Shown in pieces: positions 11,451 to 23,384 of a stretch of DNA of 64,000 bases (positions within the stretch are counted from its first letter, which is position 1; each line of letters starts with the position of its first letter). This DNA comes from Utricularia gibba (taxonomy: Eukaryota > Plantae > Magnoliophyta), in assembly GCA_002189035.1 (NCBI GenBank), contig NEEC01000023.1, forward strand, positions 744,001-808,000, in the 5' to 3' direction. The position numbers were made by a program, and so were the translations under genes. A model generated the notes under the pieces. That model was not told the DNA's origin and ran no database searches. It saw nothing but the letters and a program-made list of their open reading frames with translations.

Positions 11451-14061
11451 ATGGCTAGACGGATTCCGCCGCTATGGAGTGCCTTTCTCCTGTTAATGCT
11501 TTGTGGCGTTGCCTACGCGCGTATCCTTTCAGACCCATCTGAGCTTGTCTCAGATGGAAGGGGCTCGTCGATGCTCCGCCTCAGGGCAGCCGAGGAGACC
11601 TGTGAACAGACGTATGGCTTCTTGCCCTGCACCACTACGGCCTTGGGAAATCTATTCTTGATTATTGTATATGGATACCTCATGTTCCTCGCTGCTACTT
11701 ATCTCTCTACTGGGAGTGAGCTGTTGCTTCAGATCCTTGGACCTGGAATTGTTGGCGGTCTTTTTCTTCCCATGCTCGGAGCTCTTCCCGATGCTATGCT
11801 TATTCTCGGTAAGTATCGTTGGATACACATTGTTGATTGCTGTCTATCCCAGACTTTTGTGTGGGGTTTTGCTCTAGTTTGCAAAATTAAAGCTAATTTT
11901 GTGGTGTGTGGTAATAAAATGCTGCGTGGAATAAACTGCTTTGAACCTTGTTGTTCATTTCCGATAATGTGCTCGTTAGGAGGTTTAATCAGTACTTCAA
12001 AAGCTATTTTTCAGGGCAATATTTTCATTAGGAATTAGTAAATGGGCCTGATGTGTTTTCTGTTTTGTTTATTTTTTTATCTTTCAGTCTCAGGGTTGTC
12101 TGGAAGCACGGAGACTGCTCAAAGTCAGGTGTCTGTGGGAATGGGACTGCTTGCCGGCTCAACTGTCATGCTTCTAACTGTAATTTGGGGTAGCTGCATT
12201 CTTGTCGGAAAGTGTGATATAGAGAAGTCCATTGCCATCGACTCAAAAGACACAAAGGGATACAGTCTTACTGGTTTGCCTCTGTTATTCCTACTGTAAC
12301 AAGACCAATGCTCAATCCTGTTGTCTCTGCTTATGATATCCTTCTTTGTGAAAGTGAAAATAGTAATAATCTGAATGCAGTTCCTTCCACTGTCTAGCCA
12401 TGCTACTAAAGGTTTCTTGTGAGGCCTTTAAGATCATCCATATCCTCTCATGATCATGCAGGCTCTGGTGTCAGTACAGATATTTGGACAAGCTATGCGG
12501 GGATTATTATGGCGGTATCTGTGATTCCGTTTGTTGTAGTGCAACTTCCTCAAGTTCTCAGCATAACATCAGGAAAACATGTGGTTGTTCTGATTGCTCT
12601 CATTGTTTCAGTTTCACTCCTAATTGCCTACTGCCTATACCAGGTACTCTGGGGGGTTGGGTGTAGAGGTTTCCACATTACTTTCCTGTTCGATATTCTT
12701 GAATTTTATTTCTTGGCTCTTGGTAATTCGCTCAAATTCCATATCAAAACTAGAAAGTGTTTTGAACCTAGGAAACCGTTGAATTCTGGGAATGTTTTGC
12801 AATCTCTACCTGAGTTGCCATGCCCTGTTGATTTTTGCAGATTTTTCAGCCATGGGTGCAGACAAGGCGACTTGCTTATGCCTATCATAGGCATGTCATA
12901 ACAGGTTTCTTGAAGAAGTTGAAAGCTCGCACATTAGGGAAGATTTATTATGATGATGGGCGTCCCAATAAAGAAGTTTTACTGAAGTAAGTTTGGTATC
13001 TAGTCGGCGTGGTGATACTCTGTTCCTCCATTCTCTGTTCACCATCTTCTTGATCATAACTTGTTCTGATCATTTCTGATATGAATAGGATCTTTGATTC
13101 CATTGATTCGAATGGGGACGGGCATCTTTCACATGACGAGTTAACAGCATTCATGGCTGGAATTAAGCTTCATGAGGTAAATCTGGATGAGGATGATTCG
13201 TCGCGGAGGGTGATGACGGAATTTGATATCTCTCGAGACTCGTTGGTCAGTAGAGAAGAGTTCATTACTGGTATTGAGACATGGCTGACCCAAACCAAGC
13301 GCTCTCCTCACATTAGCACCCAGAAGCACTTGGATGATCTCCACCTGGTAAGATGTTTGGCATTTGGGTTTTTTTTTTTTTTTTTTTAGTATCTTCTTGT
13401 TACTTATCACCACACTGCATTTGAGGTAGCGAACGGAAAGAGAACACTATCTGTTAGGTGATCAAAGTGATGAAGTTGTTGAAGGTGAAGGAAAGAACAG
13501 ATGCATCTCAGTGGAAGCTGTTCTTCTGTTGTTGTTGGGAACCGCCATTGCAGCTGCATTCGCTGACCCCCTCGTCGATGCAGTTGACAACTTCTCTACC
13601 GCCACAAGCATCCCTACATTTTTCATCTCCTTCATAGCACTCCCTCTTGCCACCAACTCCAGTGAGGCAGTATCCGCCATTATATTCGCCTCAAGGAAGA
13701 AGCTAAGATCTGCGTCTTTGACATTTTCCGAGGTACGAATGCCCGCCAGCTTTCACTCCCACTTGCTAGTGTGCCCTATTTCCACCTCTGCTGACGACTT
13801 TCCCCCATTCAGCTGTATGGGGCTGTCGCCATGAACAACGTGCTATGCCTTTCGGTGTTTCTGGCCCTGGTTTACGTCAGAGGGCTGCAGTGGGACTTCT
13901 CAGCCGAAGTTGTTGTCATCTTGCTCGTGTGCATCGTAATGGGCGTCTTCGCGAGTGTCCGCACTACTTTCCCCCTGTGGACCTCCCTGCTGGCGTTCCC
14001 GCTGTACCCGGTTTCCTTGCTGCTGGTGTACGTTCTTGACTACGTCCTTGGGTGGTCCTAG
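11451..14061 (+). CDS. NCL: Na+/Ca2+ exchanger-like protein with EF-hands (NCL/EFCAX)
   Basis: Signal peptide, CEQTYGFLPC, GLFLPMLGALPDAMLIL, GMGLLAGSTVMLLT, EF-hand DSNGDGHLSHDE, LPLATNSSEAVSAI, YGAVAMNNVLCL; ends YVLGWS*. Multi-exon with GT-AG introns. Confidence 0.95.
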
Positions 14062-14293
14062 GCGCCACCCAGGCTGCCTGCTGAACTTAACCGTTGTTGT
14101 GAGTGTGGGCCCGTCCGGTCCGGTCCGTGCCCGGGATAGTATACTTTACTGACTGCTCTGCGATGGCATTGGCATGCGTTACTATTGTTATATTATATGC
14201 CTATTGCTGTCAGCCGACCAACAGGCTGTGCACTTGCCTTTGACAATGGAAGCATGGGGGCACAGCCCAATTAAGCTACCTAAAAGTTGTATA

Positions 14294-14814
14294 CAGTGTT
14301 TTAAAAATGGGTTGAACCCATTAAACCCTTTAACTATGGTTTTGGGTTCAACCGTTTTTAAAATGGGTTGAACCGGATTCATTCATTTTGAATTATATTT
14401 ATCAAAATATTAGAATATAATTATAAAATCATAATTTAGTATATCAAAATATTGAAAATATAAAAAGTAAAAATATATCTCTCAATAATTGATGCAATTA
14501 CATTAAAAGTTTTATCAAAATTATATTTATCATTTCATATCTCATTCAAATAATGTATAATTTAAATATAAATGATTATTTTCTACTATCAATATAAATA
14601 CATATATAAAAATATAATTATTAAGATTTATTTTGAAATATATATCAAATATGTATAACATATTTTATATTTATTCATAACCATTATCATAAAATAAGTA
14701 ATAAAAAATTAAAAAAATAAAAGTAACGAATACAGTTGGATCCAACCCATCAAAACATGGGTTCGAATCGAACCGGGTTCAACCATGGGTCGAACCCAGG
14801 TTTTTAAAACACTG
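14294..14814. mobile_element. Non-autonomous hAT-like MITE, about 521 bp
   Basis: Perfect 14-bp terminal inverted repeats CAGTGTTTTAAAAA (14294) and TTTTTAAAACACTG (ending 14814). Subterminal GGGTT(G/C)AACC repeats at both ends and a very AT-rich core. No clear 8-bp TSD (GTTGTATA vs GTTTTTTT). Confidence 0.75.
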
Positions 14815-14872
14815 GTTTTTTTCATTATATAAATATAAGTTATTATTTATTATTTTATATAAAATAGAGTTC

Positions 14873-14946
14873 GGTCCCGTAGCTCAGTTGGTTAGAGCGT
14901 TGGTCTTATGAGCCGAAGGTCGCGGGTTCGAGCCCCGCCGGGACCA
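14873..14946 (+). tRNA. tRNA-Ile, anticodon UAU, intronless nuclear tRNA
   Basis: GGTCCCG/CGGGACC acceptor stem, A box TAGCTCAGTTGG, anticodon loop CT-TAT-GA (14907-14909), B box GGTTCGAGCC and a downstream T run (Pol III terminator). Confidence 0.97.
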
Positions 14947-15166
14947 TTTTTTCTGTTGGTGTTAGATCGGACTCCATGTTTTTTTTTTGTCATTAATTTA
15001 TTTGATGAAGCTCGCTCGCTCGCTCGCTGATCCATAGTGGGTATTTTAGTTCCCGAAACGTCTGCATATGAATAATGTCTCCCTTATTATTCAATGCATA
15101 AGAAGCATTTAGCTGGATGCGTCAAGCACAGCATACTACAGGTTCACGTTGTGGGTAGGAGACAAG

Positions 15167-18100
15167 TCAACCAGTGTTCTGGAGTCCGGCAGCAACGCCC
15201 TTCATGGTCAGGATCAGAGTGTCCTCCAGCCCCGGAGCGTAGTCGCTTGTGGGATTCAGCTTCACCAGCTCCGCGGCCGACTTTGAGGCCTCCATGTACT
15301 CCTTGGAGATGTGAGGCCTCAACTTCACATGGTAGTTCGGGTCACGAATCCTCTTCAATGTGTAGGCTTGGCAGACGTTTAGTGTGGTGATGTGAGAGTG
15401 CCGAAGCTTCAGCTGCTGCTTCAGGCAGAGATCGCCTTCCAGGAGATCCTTGTGGCCAGCAATCTGACAGGAAAAAAAGCATTCTCATGAATGAAGGATA
15501 AGGTATCATTCACATAGTAGAGGGAGTGGAGTTGCTTCCCTACCTGGAGGAGGAGATTCTTGGTTTCCTCGTAGTTGGCTCTGAGCCGCTCACCAAACGA
15601 CCAGAGCTCTTCGGAGACAAGGAGCTTGTCGTACAGTGCGGCGATGCCGGGGTCGCCTTTGGCGAAAACCATCTCAACCAAATCGATGGTGACTCTGAAA
15701 AAGGGCCACTCGTTGTACATGTCCTGAAGCATTTGGAGGTTCTTGGGGTCCTTTTCTATGGCATACTTGAAGGCGCCACCAAAGCCCAGCCACACAGGAA
15801 GATGGAACCTTGTCTGTGTCCAGGCAAAGATCCATGGAATGGCCCTCAGTGATTCGATGCCGCCACTTGGCTTTCGCTTCGAGGGGCGACTCCCGATGTT
15901 CATTCGACCATATTCTAGTTCTGGGGTGGCCTGAGAAGATACATGAGAGAGATAAACAAGTTAGTTCTGCAGTGGACTCACTATATGTGATGATGCTATG
16001 TGGATGACTTACAAGGCGAAAATACTCCACGAAACGAGGTTCCTTGAAGACAATGGAACGATACTCCTCCGTGGCAACCACAGCAATTTCGTCCAAAAGG
16101 GCTCGCCATTCGGGTTTCGGGGAAACCGGAGGATGCATTCCATGTTCTAGAGTAGCAGCAGTGAAACGCTGCAGTGTTCTGAAGCAGAGGTGCTCCTCCC
16201 CGAATGACTGCTCGATAACTTCTCCCTGAACTGTCACACGAAGGGAACCATGGATGGTTTCTGGGGGCTGTGACAGAATAGCTAGATGGGTTGGTCCACC
16301 GCCTCTCCCGACTGTTCCACCCCTTCCATGAAACATGGTCAGCTTCACTCCATACTCTTTAGAAACTTTCACGAGCTCCTCCTGAGCCTTGTAGAGTTGC
16401 CATGCCGCAGAGAGACGACCGGCATCTTTACCAGAGTCGGAGTACCCAATCATTACTTCTTGCTTCCCATTGATACGGTTTTTGTACCAGTCGATAGAGA
16501 AAAGACGAGCAACAGCAGCAGGAGCAGCCTCGAGATCAGCAAGTTTCTCAAATAGCGGCACTACTCGTAAAGGCTTATTCACATGGCATTCACGCTGCAG
16601 GAGCTCCACAGCCAGCACATCTGAGGGGCTGTGGCCATTGAAATGATGTATGCACCAAAGCAGTCGGATGGGAGTTCTGCCAACACATGAAATGTTTCGA
16701 GAACATCCGCAATCTCTTCAGTTGTGGGAAGGTCAGGCCCGAACAATGGGCGTTTGCCACTAAGTTCTGATAGCAGCCATTCTTGCCTGCGTTCCTCAGA
16801 CCACTCCTTATAGGAACCTATTTCCAGGTATCTTGTTATAGCATCCAGAACATCAGTGTGCCTCTCTGATTCTTGCCTTATGTCGAGCCTCACGAGCGAC
16901 AGTCCAAAGGTGGACACTTGCCTTAGAAAATCAAGAAGACTACCATCAGCTATTGGTCTATCGCCACAAGCACAGAGAGACCTGTAACAAAGCTCTAGAG
17001 GTTCCAAGAGCTGTATGAACAGAAGAACAAGCTCAGCTAAGTAGGAAAAAAAAAAAATCATTCACAATATCAAATTCTTCAAACAACAAATGATTTTACC
17101 TGCTCTACACTGGTGTAAGTTGCTTCTTCAGGAATATCAGATGTCCCGTTTGCTAACAACTGGCGAGCACGCTCGCGTGTCTCATAGATCTTGTCCCGCA
17201 CATCACCAAGGATTACTCGATAAGGCTCACTTGGAGGAATGATTTTCCAAAATTCTGCAGCACAGTGGGAAATAAATGCTCTCCCTGATTCATATAGTTT
17301 GAGAAGCTTTTATGACTTACCAATAAAATGCTTTGCATCTCGCCTTGAAGACCTGTGGAGTTCATGTGCACGAATGCTGAGTTCATCACTGCAGCGCCAC
17401 ATGGACAACTGGAACAGAGAAAGGGTCAGATGGAAGCAGAAAATACAGCTGAAAACAAAAACCCCTATTGTGCTGTATACCTCAAACATGAGATCCTCTA
17501 TCTGGGAATAGTACATATTAGCAGCCATCATTCTTGCCAACAAGCATACGTCCCTGGTGACCTCAGGTGTCACTCTGGGTTACCTGTCCAGAAAAAAGGA
17601 GTCAAATACCAAAAGTTTTAGTCAAACAGCGAAGGCAATCCGTCTTGGAAAGAACACAATTAGGGGTATTGAGAAGCGCTGTCCAAGTTTTTTCAAGCAA
17701 ACAACAGCAATGAAAGATTGCCTAAAGAACTGTATACCATCACGATCTCCACCCATCCAAGAAGAGAACTGAACAAGAGGAGCGTTATATGGAATGCGCT
17801 CATTGATGCCAATATTCTTCAGTGCAGTATCTAGACGACGCAGGAATTTGGGAACCCCCTTCCATATTGTTTCATGAAAATAACTCATTCCTGCCCTCAT
17901 TTCATCTTGAGGTGTAGGAGGAGTTCTCCGGATTTCATCAGTTCGAAAAGCCGCTTGAATCTGTAAATAAGAGAAAGAAAGGCATAATGCAAGTGTTGAT
18001 GCATTTGTGGCATCTGAGACAGCCTAGAGAAGGAGGTAGCTGATAATTTACCTCTCTCTGCAAAGACTCATCAATCTCCTGCTTATCATCTGGTGTAATG

Positions 18101-19015
18101 TCTTTGGCGTACAATTGGGTCAAGCAATTTCTTATCCTAAATGAGACATAACATGACGAGTGAGAAGAGAAGAAAACAACGTGGAAGTAAAATGCATGAA
18201 ACATTTTAAAAACTCCAACCTTCCATGCTTTTGAAGCAATGATCTTCTCACAGACTGAGTAGGATGGGCTGTCAATACAAGATCCACAGTTTGATTCTTT
18301 AGTGCATCAAAAACTTGTTCAGGGGATATTTTCAAATCACCCACAAGCCTCTTGAGGGTCTCTTCAATGTCTGATTCTGTCATTGCATTGTTTTCATCTG
18401 TGTAATCGCCCTTTTTCCGTTTGTCTCGTCGACGATAAGCATTCTGTACCTCCTCAGCCAAGTTAGCCAAGCTAAGCATGTGGGAGAATGCTTTTGCAAC
18501 GACAATGGAGTCCCCAGGATCCAAACTCGTTAGAACATTTCCAAGTTCCTCCAACTTCCTGGGATCCTGCTTGCTCTCATATTCAGCCGAAAGCTCGTAG
18601 CACTCTTGGACCTTAAAGTTAACAAGTCATAGTATCACGAAAGTTACCAGCGAACCAGCACAGAATCACATGAATAAACCGCTAGACAGCTCTGGATTTA
18701 TAGGGAATGGAAGATTTATGGAGGAAAAAAACATTGAAAATCAAAGGTTTGTCTTGAAAGCTAACATAAATTCTCATAACCATCAAGATCAGATTTTCAG
18801 CACCATGATCAAAATAATGACCCCAAAAAATTGAATACTCCACTTACTGTTTCTCTAAGATCTTCTCCATGCAAATCCTGAAGAATATCAAGAAACCGAT
18901 CCAAGAGCAAGGCATCATACTCTATTAGGTGGTCATCCTCAGAAACTTTCCCAGGAACCAAAAGCCTCAACTGCGCATCAATGGATTGCATACTTTCCAG
19001 ATTCCTCGAAGCCAT
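15167..19015 (-). CDS. PPC: Plant-type phosphoenolpyruvate carboxylase
   Basis: 10 exons: 19015-18848, 18611-18220, 18136-18052, 17960-17738, 17583-17481, 17408-17321, 17254-17100, 17010-16013, 15930-15544, 15463-15167. [48 protein letters not shown] and QNTG* motifs. Two -1 indels in G runs (17577-17579, 16625-16628) are judged assembly errors. Confidence 0.97.
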
Positions 19016-20263
19016 CAAGCTCGTTTCTCTCTATCAAATCCCAGTCAAAGGACACCCCGAGGGTTAAAAAAAAAGGCCCATTTGGTCCTTAATAAAAAAC
19101 AACATCACTGGATCCACCCAATAAAACAAACAGTAGACACAGAGAGATGATCAAAACAGATACCGAGAAGCACACTCTCACAGACAGAAAAATAAAAGGG
19201 GTGGCTTGTGAAAAGGGTGTCACCTGATCCGGGCGACTGAGACTCTTCCGATCAAAAGCCGATCAGATTGTGCGGAGGACTAGAGAGGGAGACAAAGGTA
19301 CAAAGGGGGGTGGCGATAACTCCGGAGGCCAAAGCAGGAGGAGTGGGAGGTCTTCACAGGCCTAGCCTTCTAGCAGCCAACCAATATATATACACTCACT
19401 GAGTCCCCTCAGTTCTCATCGTCAGAATCCATTTGGAAAATCACATTTATCAGCTTTTGGCTGCTTCCAATTTATGCTAAACCTTGCCCTTTTTACCATC
19501 ACGACGATGGCTCACACTAACCATCCTTAAATCGTGATTAATTACCTTAATCTTCATCATTATTCAAAATCACCATGACTTCCGAATAGCCAAAGAATAA
19601 AGGAAAAGCTTAACCCACCATACACACATTGTGCCCATATTTCCAAACGTCCTGTCCAGCATCTAACCATTGACAATATTCTTTGATTAAAAATAAACAA
19701 ATGATAAAAAGTTCGGAATTATCTTAATGTACAATAAATTATTTAAATATTTCCATAAAAAAATAGATTATAAAAAATCGCATCCGCTTCGTCACATTCT
19801 TTATTAATTTCGAAATTAAGCTTTCAGATTTCCCACTAATTTCCGTATTTTGTTTTATTGTAGATATTTATTGTTTTAGAGAGTTCTGGTTGTCTACTTG
19901 TCAGCCACGGAGGTGAACCGGATTTTCCCCTCCTTCGGAGCTCCGCGGCCACGAGAATCGACATTTTTGTGGCGTTTAACGCAAGTTGCGTGGTTGGATA
20001 CGAGATCAGGGGCGTTTGTGAGGAGTTTTGGGAGTGTTCCGTCTTTTTCAGGTCGATCGAGATCTAGGGTATTCATCGGACTTGGATCCTGCCCTATATT
20101 GGCAGTGTTTCTGGATGACTTTCGTGTTCTCACATCATGTCTGCTCTTGAATGTGAGTTTTTCCAAGGGCTGTAGTGTCTGTACCTTGGATTAGGATTGG
20201 TCCCGTGAGTCGCTCCACGGTTCGCTTTAGGATCCTTTGTGGAGATTGGGTTGAGTTTACTGA

Positions 20264-22710
20264 ATGATATCTGTAGAGCGATCTTTTGAAGCGTGGGAGG
20301 AAGTTCAGAGGCATGGGTTGACTTGGCCGATAGGCTGGCACAGGGGTTCACAGACTTAATTCAGTCTCATATTACTCCTCCATCGTTTTCATGGCCGAAT
20401 TCGGCACCTAATCTGTTTGAAGTCGAGTTTCCAACCTATAATTTTATCAATAAGGATTTTGGCCTCTCTGTCGACAATACGGCCATCAGTAGCGTAACTG
20501 CTATTATTGATATTGGAAACAGGATCGGACAGGTGGGTGCTGATTTTGGTGAATGCATAAATGGTGTGGCTCAGCAGTTTTTTAGGCGAGTTCCGGTGCC
20601 TTTTCTGCATGATGAGAGCGTGGGGTTCCCCATGGCGGTGGAGACTCATAGCACGAGGTCCAATATGGGTATCTCACTTGCAGAAGATTTCAAGTCTCTC
20701 CCGGAGCACTTCAAGGATTTCAGGGTCTCTGAGGAGGGGGTTCCGCTGCTTTAGATGATTCCCCTCAGGAGGAGACATTTGGTTTAAGTGCAAAGGCCTT
20801 GAAACTTTTTGGCCGTTCCCAGGTTACGTGATGAGTACTTTTGTATAGTTACATTTTGTTTTTTCCGTTTGCATAATCAGTGAGAAAAAAAGACCTGAAG
20901 AAATGATTTTCAATGGCAATCATGCATCCATCATTTGGTAAAGAGATGCATAAAAATACTCACTGTTTTATGGATTCATAGCCAACAATTCATTTTTTTT
21001 TTAATTGTGTCTGGTTCTTGTATATATATATATATATTTTGTCTCATGAGGCGTCATTTGTTCAGTTTCCCCTTTTTTTAACATTTCAGGGCACCCTCAA
21101 CATGACATCAACATATAACAGTAGAACAGGAAGCACTGAAAGTTCTCTTGTTGCCAGAGGAGATGCATGGAGAGTAGAGGCTTCACAGGGGAGTTCAACA
21201 TCTAGAAATGAGAAACCGCCCCTGTTCCTTCTTCAGCTTGGTCCTCTACTATTTTTTCATGACTCCACACTTCTTTTGCCCGTAAATTTATCAAACCAGC
21301 ACTTTCTGTGGTATGGCTATGACAGAAAGGTATTCTGATTTCATAAGCCATCTGATTTTCCTGATATCGGAACCGTAAATGTTTACAATCGTGGATGTAT
21401 TGGGATGAGAACTTTATAACATGGTGAAAGAGCTATCAAACACAACTTTACCCGTTTTTACTACTATGCTCTGGAATAATAATATAGCTATCTATCCCTG
21501 TATTAAATCATCTTGCTCTTGGTTGTTTATGCCTTTTTGTTTTATTTTCACAGAATGGATTGCATTCTCTCTGTCCAGCCATTTGGTCAAAACACAGGAG
21601 GTGGTTGTTAATGTCAACTTTCCGTCTCAACCCTTTTGCATGTGTAAGTGCCACCGGTTTTAAGATACCCAGCTGCCTTATTTTCTTTTTGAGAACTAGT
21701 GTCTTAGAGTACCAGAGCTGTTTACAATAGGGCGGTTAAGGTAGAAGTTTTTCTCCATTCAAGGGATAGAGAGAACCTGTGCATGTTGGTGGTGAAACCA
21801 GTAGCATTTCACAATATTGTTCATTAATTTTTTTCCTTCTTTTTTCAACTTGGAAATTAATTGAAAGGCTACTAATTCTCTTCCCATGCTCTTCAGTCTT
21901 TCATGGACTTGCAGTTTCCAAATGGTCAGATTACTTATGCATCAGGTGAGGGGTTTTCAACGAGCGCCTTTATTCAGCTTTGGGGTGGTTTGCTTCAAGT
22001 ACAAGGTCAATATCCTGGAGAAATGAATTTTAGCTTCTCAATGAAGGCGGTAATTCAATTTTCGACATAACTACTGGATGTATCCATTTTTCAAAGTTGA
22101 CCCTCGATCAATTTTATTTGCTTGACACTGATCCTCGGGTTTCCCTTTTGTAGAACAAGTGGGGAACTAGAGTAACTCCAACTTTACACTGGCCTGACAG
22201 ATCATTTGCTTTAAAGTTGGAGCAAGCACTGGCCTGGCGTAGATCTGGCCTCATGATGAGGCCTTCTCTCCAATTTAGGTAACCATCTTTCATTCGAGCT
22301 GAGCATCAAAAAAGGAACTGCTGTTTACCATCTCCGCTTTATCATCATTAGCGTATGCCCAACATTTGGTGGAACCTGTCCGGGATTACAAATGGAACTC
22401 ATACACTCTCTCAAGGAGCAATTGAGCCTCATCTGCGGCTGTGCCCTTGTAGCACATCCTCGTGCATTTGCATCTGTATCTGTGAGTTGGATTTGCCGAA
22501 AATCGTAGGATTTTTTCTGGAAGATACCAAGCTGTTAATGTTTCTGGCCTTTTTGATTGTTTGCAGCTTGGAAGATCCAAGTGGAATGGGAATGTGGGGA
22601 ATGCAGGGGTAGTTGTCAAAGTTGAAACTCCGATGGGTGATTATGCCGGCAGCGGTAGCAGCAACCGGCCTTCCTTCTCCGTCCAGTTGAACAGCGGCTT
22701 TGAGTTCTGA
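20264..22710 (+). CDS. Conserved plant protein of unknown function (At1g53450/At3g14830-like, from memory); beta-strand-rich C-terminus
   Basis: MISVERSFEAWEEVQRHG[V]DLADRLAQGFT...FFRRVPVPF, later exons SSLVARGDAWRVEAS, SFMDLQFPNGQITY, NKWGTRVTP, LGRSKWNGNVGNAG...FSVQLNSGFEF*. -1 indels in G runs at 20315-20317 and 20736-20740. Confidence 0.8.
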
Positions 22711-23384
22711 GTAAACTTGATGCTCGTTTGCCTGCCTGGTAACTGTAAATGCGTGTTTTAGTGTCTACTTACAACTACCAGAAAAATGAATCTTTACTCA
22801 TTGTGATTATGCGAACAAGTTGCTACTTAGCCTTTCATGCTCAAAATAGTTTTTTTTTTTTTTTTTTCTGGAGAAATGGAATGATGTGCGCGTAGATACG
22901 TATATTTGGAGAGAAATAAATAATTAAATTCATTAATATAATTGTAAAAAAATCAGTTGAGATGTGCGCGTATATAGTTACTATCACTGCCTGTCCGAAA
23001 AGTTGGCATTCGATGCGCAACTTCTCCGCTTCCTCTCCACGCGTCCGGCGCGATAGATGCAGAATCTCTCTCGAACTCGCCTGATTGATGGTTCTGATCC
23101 GAGTATGTTCTTATTTCCTTGTGTGTTTAGGTGTTATACTTCCTCCTCATTCGATCTGATTCTCTTATTTTCTCGATTTGCACATGATACTCAACGGATC
23201 CTTGCCAATCGGTACGTTGTTTCGTTTTTTCGTGGAATAAATGAATCCGATTAAGAAGAATCTTATGAGAGCGTCTGTGGAACTGGATTTGGCAATGTTA
23301 CAGTACGCTGGCCAGCGATTTCGCTACTTTCCTTACACAGTTACACTGCTGCCATTACGTGAGTTTTTTTTTTTTTTTTTTATG

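Noticed and set aside
14286-14822. 8-bp target-site duplication for the MITE
   Set aside because: The flanks GTTGTATA and GTTTTTTT share only 3 bases, so the hAT assignment rests on the TIR and subterminal repeats alone.
15800-15850. Classical C4-type PEPC
   Set aside because: The Ser774/780 determinant is Ala ([11 protein letters not shown]), so it cannot be called a C4 isoform on sequence.
15167-19015. PEPC (and TPS1, NAC, bZIP, At1g53450-like) as frameshifted pseudogenes
   Set aside because: All lesions are -1 events in G/C runs with no nonsense codons and intact splice sites, which fits assembly error better.
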